From Bacteroidales bacterium (GTDB lineage: Bacteria; Bacteroidota; Bacteroidia; Bacteroidales; G3-4614): 64,000 bases of DNA. Under the pieces are notes generated by a model that saw nothing but the letters and a program-made list of their open reading frames with translations, was not told where the DNA came from and searched no databases. Shown here one piece after another: positions 27,724-37,951 of the stretch (positions are counted from its first letter, which is position 1; every line of letters starts with the position of its first letter). The stretch lies in the NCBI GenBank assembly GCA_036656055.1, contig JAVVOY010000001.1, forward strand, positions 33,662 to 97,661, read 5' to 3'. A program made the translations under genes and the position numbers.

Positions 27724-30267
27724 CTATATTTTGTGTAATCGAAAATGTTTATAGAGTTCAAACCATAGTATGGTGCTAATTCCAACTGTAATAGAAATAA
27801 GTACCTCCCAAACACTGATAGGTGAGAACTGAAATAGTTGCAATAAAAACGGTATTGTCAATACTAAACTTATAAACAATAATGCTCCGCCTGCAACCCA
27901 TTTTACGGTTGGATTAGGTGTTCGCAAAATTGTGAATATTGATTCACTCCAAGAGCGGTTTGTGAGAATGTTCATAATGTTTGCTATAATAAGCGTAGTG
28001 AAAGTCATAGCCCTTACCTCTCCTGTTTGGTAACCCAGTTTGAGCGTTATAAAATAGATTGCGAGAGTGGATGCGAGTACCCATACCCCTTGAAAACAAC
28101 TTATTAATATTTTTTTAGCTCCAAAAAAAGGTTCGTTCGTTTTGCGCGGAGGTCTTGACATTACATTTTTTTCAGCCTTTTCGGCTTCAAAAATGACAGA
28201 ACATGCGGGGTCTATAATCAACTCCATAAAAACAACGTGGACAGGCCATAGTATAAGTGGCCAATCAGCAAACAGTACAGGGATAAGAGATAGTCCGGCT
28301 ATTGGAACATGAATTGCAAAGATATAACCCAGAGCCTTTTGAAGATTGTCAAATATTCGTCGTCCCATTTTTACAGCTCCGACAATTGAACTGAAATTAT
28401 CATCCATCAGCACCAAATCTGATGATTCACGAGCCACATCGGTCCCTTTTTCGCCCATAGCTATACCTATGTTGGCTGCTTTGAGAGCAGGGGCATCGTT
28501 TACGCCATCACCGGTCATAGCAACTATTTCGTTGTTGTATTTGAGCGCATTTACTATTTTTAGTTTCTGTTCGGGAATAACGCGAGCAAATACATTAACG
28601 GTACGTATCCGCTGACCTAATTCTGCCTCATCCATAGTGGCAAGATCTTTCCCTGTTATACATTGGCTGTAATTCTGCAACCCTATTTCACGAGCGATAT
28701 TTTGTGCTGTAATAGGGTAATCTCCTGTTATCATTATAACGCGTATACCTGCTCTCTGGCATTCGGCTACAGCCGCAGGTACCTGCGGACGGATTGGATC
28801 GGAAAGTCCTATAAGTCCAATAAATTCAAAATTGAAATCATGTTGTATTTCGGGTAAAGTGGTTTCGGGGATAATTGATTTAGCAACACCAATAACCCTC
28901 GCTCCTTCTGATGCCATTGTTTGCACTGCATCGGCATATTTTGCTTGAATATCGGGCGTGAGGTGGCAAAGGTCGAGAATTGCCTCTGGTGCTCCTTTGG
29001 CTGCAATTACCAATTCTCCGGTGGATGTCTTTCTGAAAACTCTTGACATGGCAAGTAGCTCTTTGGATAGAGAATACTCTTTGACCATCTCCCAATTGCT
29101 GTGTATATGCTCTGTTCCCTGAAGATAGGACTCTCCAATTTTGCATATCGCTTTTTCCATAGGATCGAACGGATTTGCTTGGCTTGATAGAATGCCGTAT
29201 TCTATTATATCGTGGTACTGTTCGGCAAAGTTGTTTGACTCTTTAGCTACCCAGAAATTTTTCTTGTTATATATTTTGGTAACTTTCATTTTATTCTCTG
29301 TCAATGTTCCGGTCTTGTCGGTACACAAAACGGTTGCTGAACCTAGCGTCTCAATTGCCGATGGTTTTCTGGTCAGTACATTCTTTCTGGATATACGCCA
29401 AGCTCCGATTGCCATGAAAATGGTAAGCACAACGGGAAACTCTTCTGGTAACATTGCCATTGCGAGTGTAATGCCGGCTAAAAAACCTTGCAATAAATTT
29501 CCGCGAGTGAGTGTATAGATGGTAATAACCAACAGACATAGGACGGCACCTGTAATAGTTAGTCGTTTTACTAATACACCAATCTCAGTTTTGAGTTTGG
29601 TAGGGCTCTCTTCAACTTCACTGATGGATTTGCCTATTTTGCCAATCTGCGTATTAATTCCTGTACTTGTAACTCTGGCTATCCCGTTGCCCTGCACTAC
29701 CATTGAACCTGAATAGACAAATGGAAGGTCATCACCTCCCGGCTGCATATCTTGTACCTCACCCAGCCAGTCGTGTTTACGTACTGGAACTGATTCACCT
29801 GTCAGCAGTGACTCGTCTATGAGTAGGTTTATGCTCTTAAGTACTGTCGCATCTGCCGGTATTCTATCTCCCTCCTGAAGCACTATTATGTCGTGGTAAA
29901 CCACCTCACGTCCGGCGATTCGGGTTTCTACCCCTTCCCTAATTACTATTGCACGAGGGCTTGCAAGGTCTTTGAGTGCATCGAGTGCTTTCTCACTTTT
30001 TCGCTCTTGGTAAAACTCAATTCCCATTACAACAAATACAAAGAAAAGCAGCATGAAGCCCTCCTGAATATCGCCCAGAAACATATAAAGGGTTCCGCAA
30101 GCAACAAGCAAAAGAAACATTGGCTCTTTTACTACTCCAAAGATTATTGTAAAGAAACTTCGTGGTTTGTTCCCTTCTAATTCATTGTATCCGTCCCTTT
30201 CAAGGTGTAATTTTGCTTCACTATATGTAAGCCCGGAATATGTAGTATCTTGTGATGTCGTTTTCAT
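27724..30267 (-). CDS. Cation-translocating P-type ATPase (P2, Ca2+-ATPase-like)
   Basis: 847 aa. TGES, CTDKTGTLT, MITGD and GDGVNDAPALK motifs, and about 10 TM. Confidence 0.92.
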   Translation of the reverse strand: MKTTSQDTTYSGLTYSEAKLHLERDGYNELEGNKPRSFFTIIFGVVKEPMFLLLVACGTLYMFLGDIQEGFMLLFFVFVVMGIEFYQERKSEKALDALKDLASPRAIVIREGVETRIAGREVVYHDIIVLQEGDRIPADATVLKSINLLIDESLLTGESVPVRKHDWLGEVQDMQPGGDDLPFVYSGSMVVQGNGIARVTSTGINTQIGKIGKSISEVEESPTKLKTEIGVLVKRLTITGAVLCLLVITIYTLTRGNLLQGFLAGITLAMAMLPEEFPVVLTIFMAIGAWRISRKNVLTRKPSAIETLGSATVLCTDKTGTLTENKMKVTKIYNKKNFWVAKESNNFAEQYHDIIEYGILSSQANPFDPMEKAICKIGESYLQGTEHIHSNWEMVKEYSLSKELLAMSRVFRKTSTGELVIAAKGAPEAILDLCHLTPDIQAKYADAVQTMASEGARVIGVAKSIIPETTLPEIQHDFNFEFIGLIGLSDPIRPQVPAAVAECQRAGIRVIMITGDYPITAQNIAREIGLQNYSQCITGKDLATMDEAELGQRIRTVNVFARVIPEQKLKIVNALKYNNEIVAMTGDGVNDAPALKAANIGIAMGEKGTDVARESSDLVLMDDNFSSIVGAVKMGRRIFDNLQKALGYIFAIHVPIAGLSLIPVLFADWPLILWPVHVVFMELIIDPACSVIFEAEKAEKNVMSRPPRKTNEPFFGAKKILISCFQGVWVLASTLAIYFITLKLGYQTGEVRAMTFTTLIIANIMNILTNRSWSESIFTILRTPNPTVKWVAGGALLFISLVLTIPFLLQLFQFSPISVWEVLISITVGISTILWFELYKHFRLHKI

Positions 30268-30272
30268 GTCTC

Positions 30273-30695
30273 TTATTTTTTAGGAGATATAATTTTGTCT
30301 AATATTTCAGAGAAGGTTTTAAGTTCTTCTGTATTGAGCTTTTTTTCTACGACTCCGGTCAGATATTCATGAGCAAAATCGTGCCTCATATTTATCTGTT
30401 TGCCTACCTCTGTTAAATGTAAGTGTGAACTTCGGCGGTCATCATCCGAGTGTATTTTATAAACGCACCCTTTCATTACTAATCTGTCGACGACAATTGT
30501 TACTGACGGCTTTTTCAATCCGAGTGTTGTTGATAATTCTGTTATATTAGGATTGCCGAGTTCCTGTATTGTCTCTAAGTAATTAATCTGTGTAGAGGTT
30601 AGGTCTTTTGCATCACTATTATCTTTTGCCTTTTCTTCAGCGTCAGTTATCAGTCTGGAGAATTGTGCTATATTCTCCTTTATTTTATTATTCAT
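30273..30695 (-). CDS. MarR-family transcriptional regulator
   Basis: The track start at 30698 is GTG, so I trimmed to the ATG at 30695. Winged-helix core (ITELSTTLGLKKPSVTIVVDRLVMKGCVYKIHSDDDRR). 5-nt gap to the ATPase start. Confidence 0.8.
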   Translation of the reverse strand: MNNKIKENIAQFSRLITDAEEKAKDNSDAKDLTSTQINYLETIQELGNPNITELSTTLGLKKPSVTIVVDRLVMKGCVYKIHSDDDRRSSHLHLTEVGKQINMRHDFAHEYLTGVVEKKLNTEELKTFSEILDKIISPKK

Positions 30696-30718
30696 CACAC
30701 TTTGGATTTAATTTTATG

Positions 30719-30746
30719 CAAATATAATTAGTTAGTCCTAACTAAT
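30719..30746 (-). promoter_or_regulatory. marR promoter -7 box with an abutting inverted repeat (candidate MarR operator)
   Basis: The + strand reads caaatata at 30719-30726 (TATATTTG on the - strand). The palindrome attagttag-tc-ctaactaat at 30727-30746 follows immediately. Confidence 0.45.
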
Positions 30747-30872
30747 CAAATAAAAAGACAACTATTTTATAAACCCTAACATTGTTGCTGACTTTTCTGA
30801 CAGTGAGCACAATAAAATAAATTTTTGTGGGGTATTTGTTTGTGATTCTGTTGGAATATCTGTTTATGTTAT

Positions 30873-30911
30873 CTTATAACAAAGGGGCTGCCTATTATTT
30901 TAGGCAGCCCC
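30873..30911 (-). terminator. Intrinsic terminator of carB
   Basis: 10-bp GC-rich stem ggggctgcct/aggcagcccc. On the - strand it is followed by tttgttat. Confidence 0.8.
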
Positions 30912-30947
30912 TCTTAGTTATTTAGATAACTTTATTTTAGTAATGGT

Positions 30948-33900
30948 TTATTTGTACTGATCCCATGACTCAATTTCTAAATCGTCCATTTTCTTGTTGC
31001 AGAATGCTGAGATAAAGGCTGATGCAAGGCGTGAGTTTGTAACTAATGGTATGTTAAGATCAATTGCAGCACGTCGTATTTTGTAGCCGTTGTCTAACTC
31101 TCCTGCTGTCAAATTCTTTGGTATATTAACAACCATATCAATCTCTTTATTGTGCAGCATTTCAAGTGCACTTGGGAAACCTGTTTCGTCTGGCCATGCC
31201 ACGCGTGTTGTATCTACACCGTTCTCTTTAAGCATTAAGTGAGTCCCTCCGGTAGCATATAGTTTGTAACCCTTTTTTTGCAACATTTTTACAGCATCCA
31301 ATATGTCTACTTTTTGTTTTGTTGATCCTGTTGAGAGCAGTATGCTGTTCTGTGGAATACGATACCCTACCGATAGCATCGATTTTAGTATTGCATCGTC
31401 GGTGTCGCTTCCCAAGCAACCTACCTCTCCGGTGCTTACCATGTCGACACCAAGTACGGGGTCTGCCTTTTGCAAACGTGAAAATGAGAATTGGGATGCT
31501 TTTATACCTACGCAATCTATATCGAATAGTGTTTTGTGTGGTTTTTCAACCGGCACTCCCATCATAATCTTTGTAGCAATCTCTATAAAGTTTACCTTAA
31601 GTACTTTGCAGATAAATGGGAAGCTTCTTGAAGCACGCAGATTACACTCTATAACTTTTATTGCGTTCCCTTTTGCAAGGAACTGTATATTGAACGGTCC
31701 TGATATTTGCAACTCTTTTGCTATAAGCCGTGAGATGCGTTTTACCTGTCTCAGGGTTTCAACGTAAAGCTTTTGTGGTGGAAATTGTATTGTGGCATCT
31801 CCAGAGTGAACGCCGGCAAATTCTATATGTTCGCTTATTGCATATACTATTATCTCGCCTTTATTGGCAACGGCATCCATCTCAACCTCTTTAGCCTCTT
31901 CAATAAATTGGCTTACGACAACGGGATGTTTTTTAGATACTTCAGCGGCAAGTTGTAGGAAGCGTTCCAATTCGTTTTGGTTTGAGCAGACATTCATTGC
32001 TGCTCCTGAGAGTACGTACGATGGACGTACAAGTACAGGAAATCCTACTTCGTTAACGAATTTGTTAATGTCTTCGAGAGAGGTGAGTTCTCTCCATCTT
32101 GGCTGATCTATGCCGAGCCTATCGCACATGGCAGAAAATTTGTTGCGGTCTTCTGCGTTGTCGATACTCTTTGCCGATGTTCCGAGAAGTTTAATGCCTT
32201 GTGCATCTAATTTTAGTGCAAGGTTGTTTGGTATCTGACCACCGGTGGAGACAATTACACCGTGCGGAGCTTCAAACTCAAGGATATCCATTACACGCTC
32301 AAATGTGAGTTCATCGAAATAGAGCCTGTCGCACATATCGTAGTCGGTAGAAACTGTTTCAGGATTATAGTTTATCATAACGCTTCTCCATCCCTCTTTG
32401 CGGATGGTTTGCAGCGCGTTTACACCGCACCAGTCGAATTCTACCGAACTTCCTATGCGGTATGCACCAGAGCCGAGTACTACGATGGAGCGGTGGTCGC
32501 CTAGATATTTTACATCGTTCTCAGTACCACTGTATGTCAGATATAAATAGTTTGTCTGTGCCGGATATTCTGCGGCAAGAGTGTCTATCTGTTTTACAAC
32601 AGGAATTATTCCAATTGATTTGCGGTAGTTGCGTACAAGAAGAACTCCTTCGTCTGGATCGGTTTTTTTAAGTACAGCACGGCATATCTGAAAGTCTGAG
32701 AATCCTTGACGTTTTGCCAACCTCATAAGATCGTAAGGTACTTCCTCTATATTATTATGTTTTTCTAATTCATTTGCTGTGTCTATTATGTTTTGCAGCT
32801 TGTCTAAAAACCATTTGTCTATTTTAGTCAACTGGTATATCTGTTCTGTCGTGTATCCTTTTCTTAAGGCTTGACTTATTACGAATATACGTTTGTCGGT
32901 AGGTTCTTTAAGGGATTTGTCAATGTCGGCAACGACCATCTCTTTGTTTTCTACAAAGCCGTGCATACCCTGACCAATCATACGAAGTCCTTTTTGTATT
33001 GATTCTTCGAAAGTGCGCCCTATGGCCATCACTTCGCCTACGGATTTCATGCTACTTCCTATTTCGCGATCTACTCCGTGAAATTTGCTTAGGTCCCAAC
33101 GAGGTATTTTACATACTACGTAGTCGATTGATGGTTCAAAGAATGCCGGAGTGGTTTGTGTAACTGAGTTCTTAAGTTCAAACAGCCCATAACCAAGTCC
33201 GAGTTTTGCAGCTACAAATGCTAATGGGTAACCGGTTGCTTTTGACGCGAGTGCCGATGAACGGCTTAGGCGGGCGTTAACCTCAATAACGCGATAGTCT
33301 TCAGAAAATGGGTCGAGGGCATATTGTACGTTGCACTCACCGACAATTCCTATATGGCGTATTATCTTTAATGAAAGTGCGCGGAGTTTCTGCCATTCGC
33401 TGTTGGTGAGGGTTTGAGATGGTGCTATTACGATACTCTCCCCGGTATGTATTCCAAGCGGGTCGAAGTTTTCCATATTGCAGACCGTTATACAGTTGTT
33501 GTATTTATCGCGTACGACCTCGTATTCTATCTCTTTCCACCCTTTTAGCGATTTTTCTACGAGTATTTGTGCTGAGAATGCAAAAGATTTTTCGGCAAGT
33601 GTATTTAACTCTTTTTCATTGTCGCAAAAACCGCTTCCAAGACCTCCAAGTGCATACGCAGAACGAATGATTACAGGGTATCCCAAATCTTTTGCTGCAC
33701 ATCGTGCGTCTTCAATAGTCTCAACGGCTTTGCTCTGTATGGTTTTTACATTTATTTCATCGAGTTTCTTTACGAAAAGTTCTCGGTCTTCAGTATCCAT
33801 TATTGCTTGTACCGGAGTTCCGAGAACCTGTACATTGTATTTTTCGAGGATCCCGGATTTGAAAAGTGCTACACCGCAATTAAGTGCTGTCTGTCCGCCG

Positions 33901-34163
33901 AATGAGAGAAGGATTCCTTCAGGACGTTCTTTTTTTATTACTTTCTCTACGAAAAATGGAGTAACCGGTAAGAAATATACTTTATCTGCGACCCCTTCGG
34001 ATGTCTGTACTGTGGCAATGTTTGGGTTTATAAGGATGGTCTCTAAACCTTCTTGCCTAAGCGCTTTTAAGGCTTGAGATCCTGAATAGTCGAACTCACC
34101 GGCTTCTCCGATCTTCAAGGCGCCTGATCCTAACAACAAAACTTTCTTTAATTTTATCTTCAT
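30948..34163 (-). CDS. carB: Carbamoyl-phosphate synthase large subunit
   Basis: 1071 aa. Duplicated ATP-grasp halves and an MGS-like C-terminus, with an unmistakable CarB sequence throughout. Confidence 0.97.
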   Translation of the reverse strand: MKIKLKKVLLLGSGALKIGEAGEFDYSGSQALKALRQEGLETILINPNIATVQTSEGVADKVYFLPVTPFFVEKVIKKERPEGILLSFGGQTALNCGVALFKSGILEKYNVQVLGTPVQAIMDTEDRELFVKKLDEINVKTIQSKAVETIEDARCAAKDLGYPVIIRSAYALGGLGSGFCDNEKELNTLAEKSFAFSAQILVEKSLKGWKEIEYEVVRDKYNNCITVCNMENFDPLGIHTGESIVIAPSQTLTNSEWQKLRALSLKIIRHIGIVGECNVQYALDPFSEDYRVIEVNARLSRSSALASKATGYPLAFVAAKLGLGYGLFELKNSVTQTTPAFFEPSIDYVVCKIPRWDLSKFHGVDREIGSSMKSVGEVMAIGRTFEESIQKGLRMIGQGMHGFVENKEMVVADIDKSLKEPTDKRIFVISQALRKGYTTEQIYQLTKIDKWFLDKLQNIIDTANELEKHNNIEEVPYDLMRLAKRQGFSDFQICRAVLKKTDPDEGVLLVRNYRKSIGIIPVVKQIDTLAAEYPAQTNYLYLTYSGTENDVKYLGDHRSIVVLGSGAYRIGSSVEFDWCGVNALQTIRKEGWRSVMINYNPETVSTDYDMCDRLYFDELTFERVMDILEFEAPHGVIVSTGGQIPNNLALKLDAQGIKLLGTSAKSIDNAEDRNKFSAMCDRLGIDQPRWRELTSLEDINKFVNEVGFPVLVRPSYVLSGAAMNVCSNQNELERFLQLAAEVSKKHPVVVSQFIEEAKEVEMDAVANKGEIIVYAISEHIEFAGVHSGDATIQFPPQKLYVETLRQVKRISRLIAKELQISGPFNIQFLAKGNAIKVIECNLRASRSFPFICKVLKVNFIEIATKIMMGVPVEKPHKTLFDIDCVGIKASQFSFSRLQKADPVLGVDMVSTGEVGCLGSDTDDAILKSMLSVGYRIPQNSILLSTGSTKQKVDILDAVKMLQKKGYKLYATGGTHLMLKENGVDTTRVAWPDETGFPSALEMLHNKEIDMVVNIPKNLTAGELDNGYKIRRAAIDLNIPLVTNSRLASAFISAFCNKKMDDLEIESWDQYK

Positions 34164-34179
34164 AGCTCTGTGTGGGGTA

Positions 34180-35250
34180 TTATAATAGTTCTATAAATTT
34201 ATCGAATAAATAACCTGTCTCTGTTGGACCTCCTGAAGCCTCCGGATGAAACTGCACTGAGAAGAATGGCTTACTTTTGTGGCGGATCCCCTCGTTAGAA
34301 CCATCGTTCATATTTATAAAGAATGGTTCCCAGTCTGGTCCAAGAGAGTCATTGTCTACGGCAAAACCGTGATTCTGTGGCGTTATATAGCATTTGTCGC
34401 TTCCTATCATACGTACAGGTTGGTTTGCACTTCGGTGACCATATTTCAGTTTGTAGATTTTAGCACCTCCGGCTTTTGCAAGCAGTTGATTACCCATGCA
34501 TATTCCGAATATCGGTTTGCTTTTATTCATTGCTTTGCGGAGGTTCTCGACTGTTTCATTGCATGTGTCAGGATTGCCTGGTCCGTTTGATATACATATA
34601 CCATCATATTCCATGTTATTGAAGTCGTAATCCCATGGAACGCATGTAACTTTGACGCCACGTTTGAGCAGACATCTTATAATATTGTTTTTTGCTCCGC
34701 AGTCTATCAGAATGATATTTTTATCTCCTTTTCCGTAAGTTATTATGTCTTTACAACTTACTTTTTTTACCTGATTTTCAGTGTTTGGGTCTGTAAACTC
34801 TATTTCATTGTCGTTTTCAAATACGATTTTGCCTTTCATGCAACCTTTTTCCCGCAAAAGTTTTGTAAGTGCCCGGGTATCAACATCTGTGATTCCGGCT
34901 ATTTTATTACGCATCATCCACTCCTTGAGGCTTTCAGCGGCATTCCAATGCGAGTAATTGTCTGAATAGTCACCTACGATAATCGCTTCGACATGTATCT
35001 TATCCGATTCGAAATAGAGTGAAATACCGTATTCGTCTACACTTTCACCCGGTACGCCGTAATTTCCCACAAGCGGGTAGGTGAAAACGACTATCTGTCC
35101 TACATAGGAGGGGTCGGTCATATTTTCTGTATAACCTGTCATGGCGGTATTAAAAACCACCTCTCCGCTTGCAGGCTTATCGTACCCGAATGAAGTCCCG
35201 TTAAACCGGCTCCCGTCATCGAGTATCAAAGTTGCTTTCTTCTTTTGCAT
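34180..35250 (-). CDS. carA: Carbamoyl-phosphate synthase small (glutaminase) subunit
   Basis: I trimmed the track start (35319) to the ATG at 35250 (MQKKKATLILDDGS). Class I amidotransferase triad context (GICMGNQ, ...HPE). Confidence 0.95.
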   Translation of the reverse strand: MQKKKATLILDDGSRFNGTSFGYDKPASGEVVFNTAMTGYTENMTDPSYVGQIVVFTYPLVGNYGVPGESVDEYGISLYFESDKIHVEAIIVGDYSDNYSHWNAAESLKEWMMRNKIAGITDVDTRALTKLLREKGCMKGKIVFENDNEIEFTDPNTENQVKKVSCKDIITYGKGDKNIILIDCGAKNNIIRCLLKRGVKVTCVPWDYDFNNMEYDGICISNGPGNPDTCNETVENLRKAMNKSKPIFGICMGNQLLAKAGGAKIYKLKYGHRSANQPVRMIGSDKCYITPQNHGFAVDNDSLGPDWEPFFINMNDGSNEGIRHKSKPFFSVQFHPEASGGPTETGYLFDKFIELL

Positions 35251-35506
35251 GATGTTATGTTTAAATGATAAGTTTTGATAAACTCTAAACAAATTCTTAA
35301 TTCCGGGCAAAAAAAACACCGATGCCCGGGGGTGATAGGACAGTCGGCTTGCAATCGTTCAGCAGACGATTATGCGATACTTTAAGGATGGATGCGGAGA
35401 TCCCATCAGGGTATCGCAACGGATTTCGATCTTCTCGGTTTGCTCTTCTCTTATGCCTTATATGGCTTGGTTAACCGGCAGTCTTTTTTTACCGCCTGCA
35501 AAGATA
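35251..35506 (-). promoter_or_regulatory. carA promoter (-7 box TATCTTTG at 35499-35506 on the - strand) plus a roughly 240-nt structured 5' leader
   Basis: The segment 35300-35480 is visibly more GC-rich than the flanking intergenic DNA. It carries three hairpins (35374-35417, 35353-35371, 35303-35329). The last one encloses a U8 tract. Confidence 0.5.
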
Positions 35507-35672
35507 GTAACAATCAGCTAAATAACAGTTATCAATTCATGTATTTTTTGTAAAGTTATCAACAGCTTTGCAATTCGTTTATTATAAGCTGTTTAGTTGT
35601 TTATGATATGCTGATCTAAAAAGCATTGATAAAAACATTATATTAGATAGTTGCGATTCATGCATATTTTTT

Positions 35673-35680
35673 TAACTTTG
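35673..35680 (+). promoter_or_regulatory. -7 box TAACTTTG upstream of glnN
   Basis: TAnnTTTG match, 27 nt upstream of the ATG at 35707. Confidence 0.5.
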
Positions 35681-35706
35681 ACCCTTGAATAAATAAGAAA
35701 ACATAG

Positions 35707-37905
35707 ATGGCAGCTACGCTAAGATTCAGAGTAATAGAGAGTGCATTCACAAAAAAACCGGTTGAAGTGCCGGAACCAGAAGGAAGACCGTCGGAATATT
35801 TCTGTAAATATGTATTTAACAGGGCTAAAATGCAACGGTATCTTCCTGAGGATATATATAAGAACCTTACTGATGCGATAGATAATGGTGAGCCGATAGC
35901 CCGAAAAATTGCAGATGCCGTTGCCGAAGGGATGAAAGAGTGGGCGGTAAGTATGGGCGTTACTCATTATACGCACTGGTTTCATCCTCTGACTGAGGGT
36001 ACTGCCGAGAAGCATGATGCCTTTGTTGAATTAGACGGAAAAGGGGGCATGGTTGAACGTCTCAGCGGAAAGTTGTTGATACAGCAGGAGCCTGATGCAT
36101 CCAGTTTCCCAAACGGGGGAATACGAAATACTTTTGAGGCCAGAGGATATTCTGCATGGGATCCTTCATCACCGGCGTTTATAGTTGACGATACTTTGTG
36201 TATTCCTACGGTATTTATAGCTTATACAGGAGAGTCTCTCGATTATAAAGCACCTCTCCTTAAGGCACTCAGATCAGTGGATAAGGCTGCTGTTGAAGTT
36301 TGTCGCTACTTTAATCCTGAAGTAAAGAAGGTTATTGCATATCTGGGTTGGGAGCAAGAGTATTTTCTTGTGGATGAAGGGCTTTATGCCGCGCGCCCTG
36401 ATCTTCTACTTACCGGTCGCACGCTTATGGGACATGAAAGTTCTAAAAATCAGCAGCTTGAAGATCACTATTTTGGCGCTATTCCAACACGTGTTGCAGC
36501 TTTTATGCGCGATGTGGAGATTGAGAGTCTGAAACTTGGAATACCTTTAAAAACGCGCCATAACGAGGTTGCGCCAAACCAGTTTGAGTTTGCCCCAATA
36601 TTTGAGGAGTGCAACCTTGCCAACGACCACAATCTACTTGTAATGGCTACAATGCGGAGGGTGGCACGCATTCATGGCTTCCGCCTTTTGTTGCACGAAA
36701 AGCCTTTCAAAGGGGTGAACGGTTCAGGAAAACACAACAACTGGTCGTTGGGTACAGATACCGGAGTACTACTTATGGCTCCCGGCAAAACAAATATTGA
36801 GAACTTGCGTTTTATAACATTTATTGTAAATGTTATAAAGGCAGTGTATCGCCATAACGGGCTGCTTAAGGCTAGTATATCATCAGCAACAAATGCTCAT
36901 AGACTTGGAGCCAATGAGGCTCCTCCGGCTATTATTTCCATATTTTTAGGATCCCAACTTTCTGCTGTATTGCAACATTTGGGAGAGATAACATGTGATG
37001 ACTTGACTATGCTTTCAAGTGGAGTTAAGCAGGGAATGAGACTCAATATTCCGCAGATTCCTGAAATACTTATAGATAATACCGATCGTAATAGGACTTC
37101 GCCATTCGCCTTTACCGGGAATCGTTTTGAGTTTCGCGCTGTGGGGGCTGAGGCAAATTGTGCTTCGGCGATGATAGTACTAAATTCTGCCGTAGCCGAA
37201 CAACTTGCTGAGTTTAAGTGCGATGTGGATGGAAAGATGGCTTCAGGCATGGAGAAACATGCGGCCATTCTCTCTGTTCTTAGTACTTATATAAAAGAGA
37301 GTATGGATATTTGTTTTGACGGGAATGGTTACAGCGATGAATGGAAAGAAGAGGCCATGAGTAGAGGGCTTGATTGCGAGACGAGTGTACCGGTTATATT
37401 CGACAACTATCTTAAACCCGAGACTATAAAGATGTTTGAAACTACCGGGGTTATGACACCAAAAGAACTTGAGGCTCGCAACGAGGTTAAATGGGAGACT
37501 TACACTAAAAAAATACAAATAGAGGCTCGCGTGTTGGGTGATCTTGCAAAGAACCATATAATTCCGATTTCTACAAAATATCAGAGTGAGCTTATTGATA
37601 ATGTTTATAAGATACGCTCTTTGTTTCCTGATAAGATTGCCTCAGAACTTTGCAGCAAAGACCTTGAATTAATAGAAGACATAGGTCGTCGCGAACTTGC
37701 TATAAAAACGTTGGTGGATGATATGGTTGATGCGCGTAAAGAGGCTAATAAAATAGAAGGGATGCGTCAGCGGGCAATTGCTTATCATGATACCGTTGCA
37801 CCATATCTATCAAAGATACGTGCCCATATTGACCGTCTTGAACTTGTTGTTGATGATCAGTTATGGACTTTGCCTAAATATAGAGAGCTATTATTTATAA
37901 GGTAA
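35707..37905 (+). CDS. glnN: Glutamine synthetase type III
   Basis: 732 aa. The length and sequence are typical of Bacteroidota GSIII (e.g. NEVAPNQFEFAPIFE, KPFKGVNGSGKHNNWS). Confidence 0.93.
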   Translation: MAATLRFRVIESAFTKKPVEVPEPEGRPSEYFCKYVFNRAKMQRYLPEDIYKNLTDAIDNGEPIARKIADAVAEGMKEWAVSMGVTHYTHWFHPLTEGTAEKHDAFVELDGKGGMVERLSGKLLIQQEPDASSFPNGGIRNTFEARGYSAWDPSSPAFIVDDTLCIPTVFIAYTGESLDYKAPLLKALRSVDKAAVEVCRYFNPEVKKVIAYLGWEQEYFLVDEGLYAARPDLLLTGRTLMGHESSKNQQLEDHYFGAIPTRVAAFMRDVEIESLKLGIPLKTRHNEVAPNQFEFAPIFEECNLANDHNLLVMATMRRVARIHGFRLLLHEKPFKGVNGSGKHNNWSLGTDTGVLLMAPGKTNIENLRFITFIVNVIKAVYRHNGLLKASISSATNAHRLGANEAPPAIISIFLGSQLSAVLQHLGEITCDDLTMLSSGVKQGMRLNIPQIPEILIDNTDRNRTSPFAFTGNRFEFRAVGAEANCASAMIVLNSAVAEQLAEFKCDVDGKMASGMEKHAAILSVLSTYIKESMDICFDGNGYSDEWKEEAMSRGLDCETSVPVIFDNYLKPETIKMFETTGVMTPKELEARNEVKWETYTKKIQIEARVLGDLAKNHIIPISTKYQSELIDNVYKIRSLFPDKIASELCSKDLELIEDIGRRELAIKTLVDDMVDARKEANKIEGMRQRAIAYHDTVAPYLSKIRAHIDRLELVVDDQLWTLPKYRELLFIR

Positions 37906-37951
37906 AGAAAGAGGATATAATATTACGAACCTTATTTTTTTTGTATCAATA

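Noticed and set aside
33478-34077. Long antisense ORFs from the six-frame track. Examples: 33478-34077 and 31303-31767 opposite carB, 12550-13005 opposite fucO, 38711-39193 opposite GH16, 8740-9177 opposite the AraC gene, 24673-25122 opposite the TPR gene, and 13-366 opposite ffh.
   Set aside because: Each lies entirely within, and antisense to, a gene with unmistakable family motifs. Their translations are low-complexity (S/F/L/I-rich) with no motif I recognise. They are typical shadow ORFs.
35362-35409. A 15-codon ORF (MGSPHPSLKYRIIVC) inside the carA leader whose stop falls in a hairpin loop, as a possible leader peptide.
   Set aside because: The hairpin it ends in is not followed by a U-run, and the peptide has no informative codon bias. 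I keep the leader as a structured-RNA candidate only.
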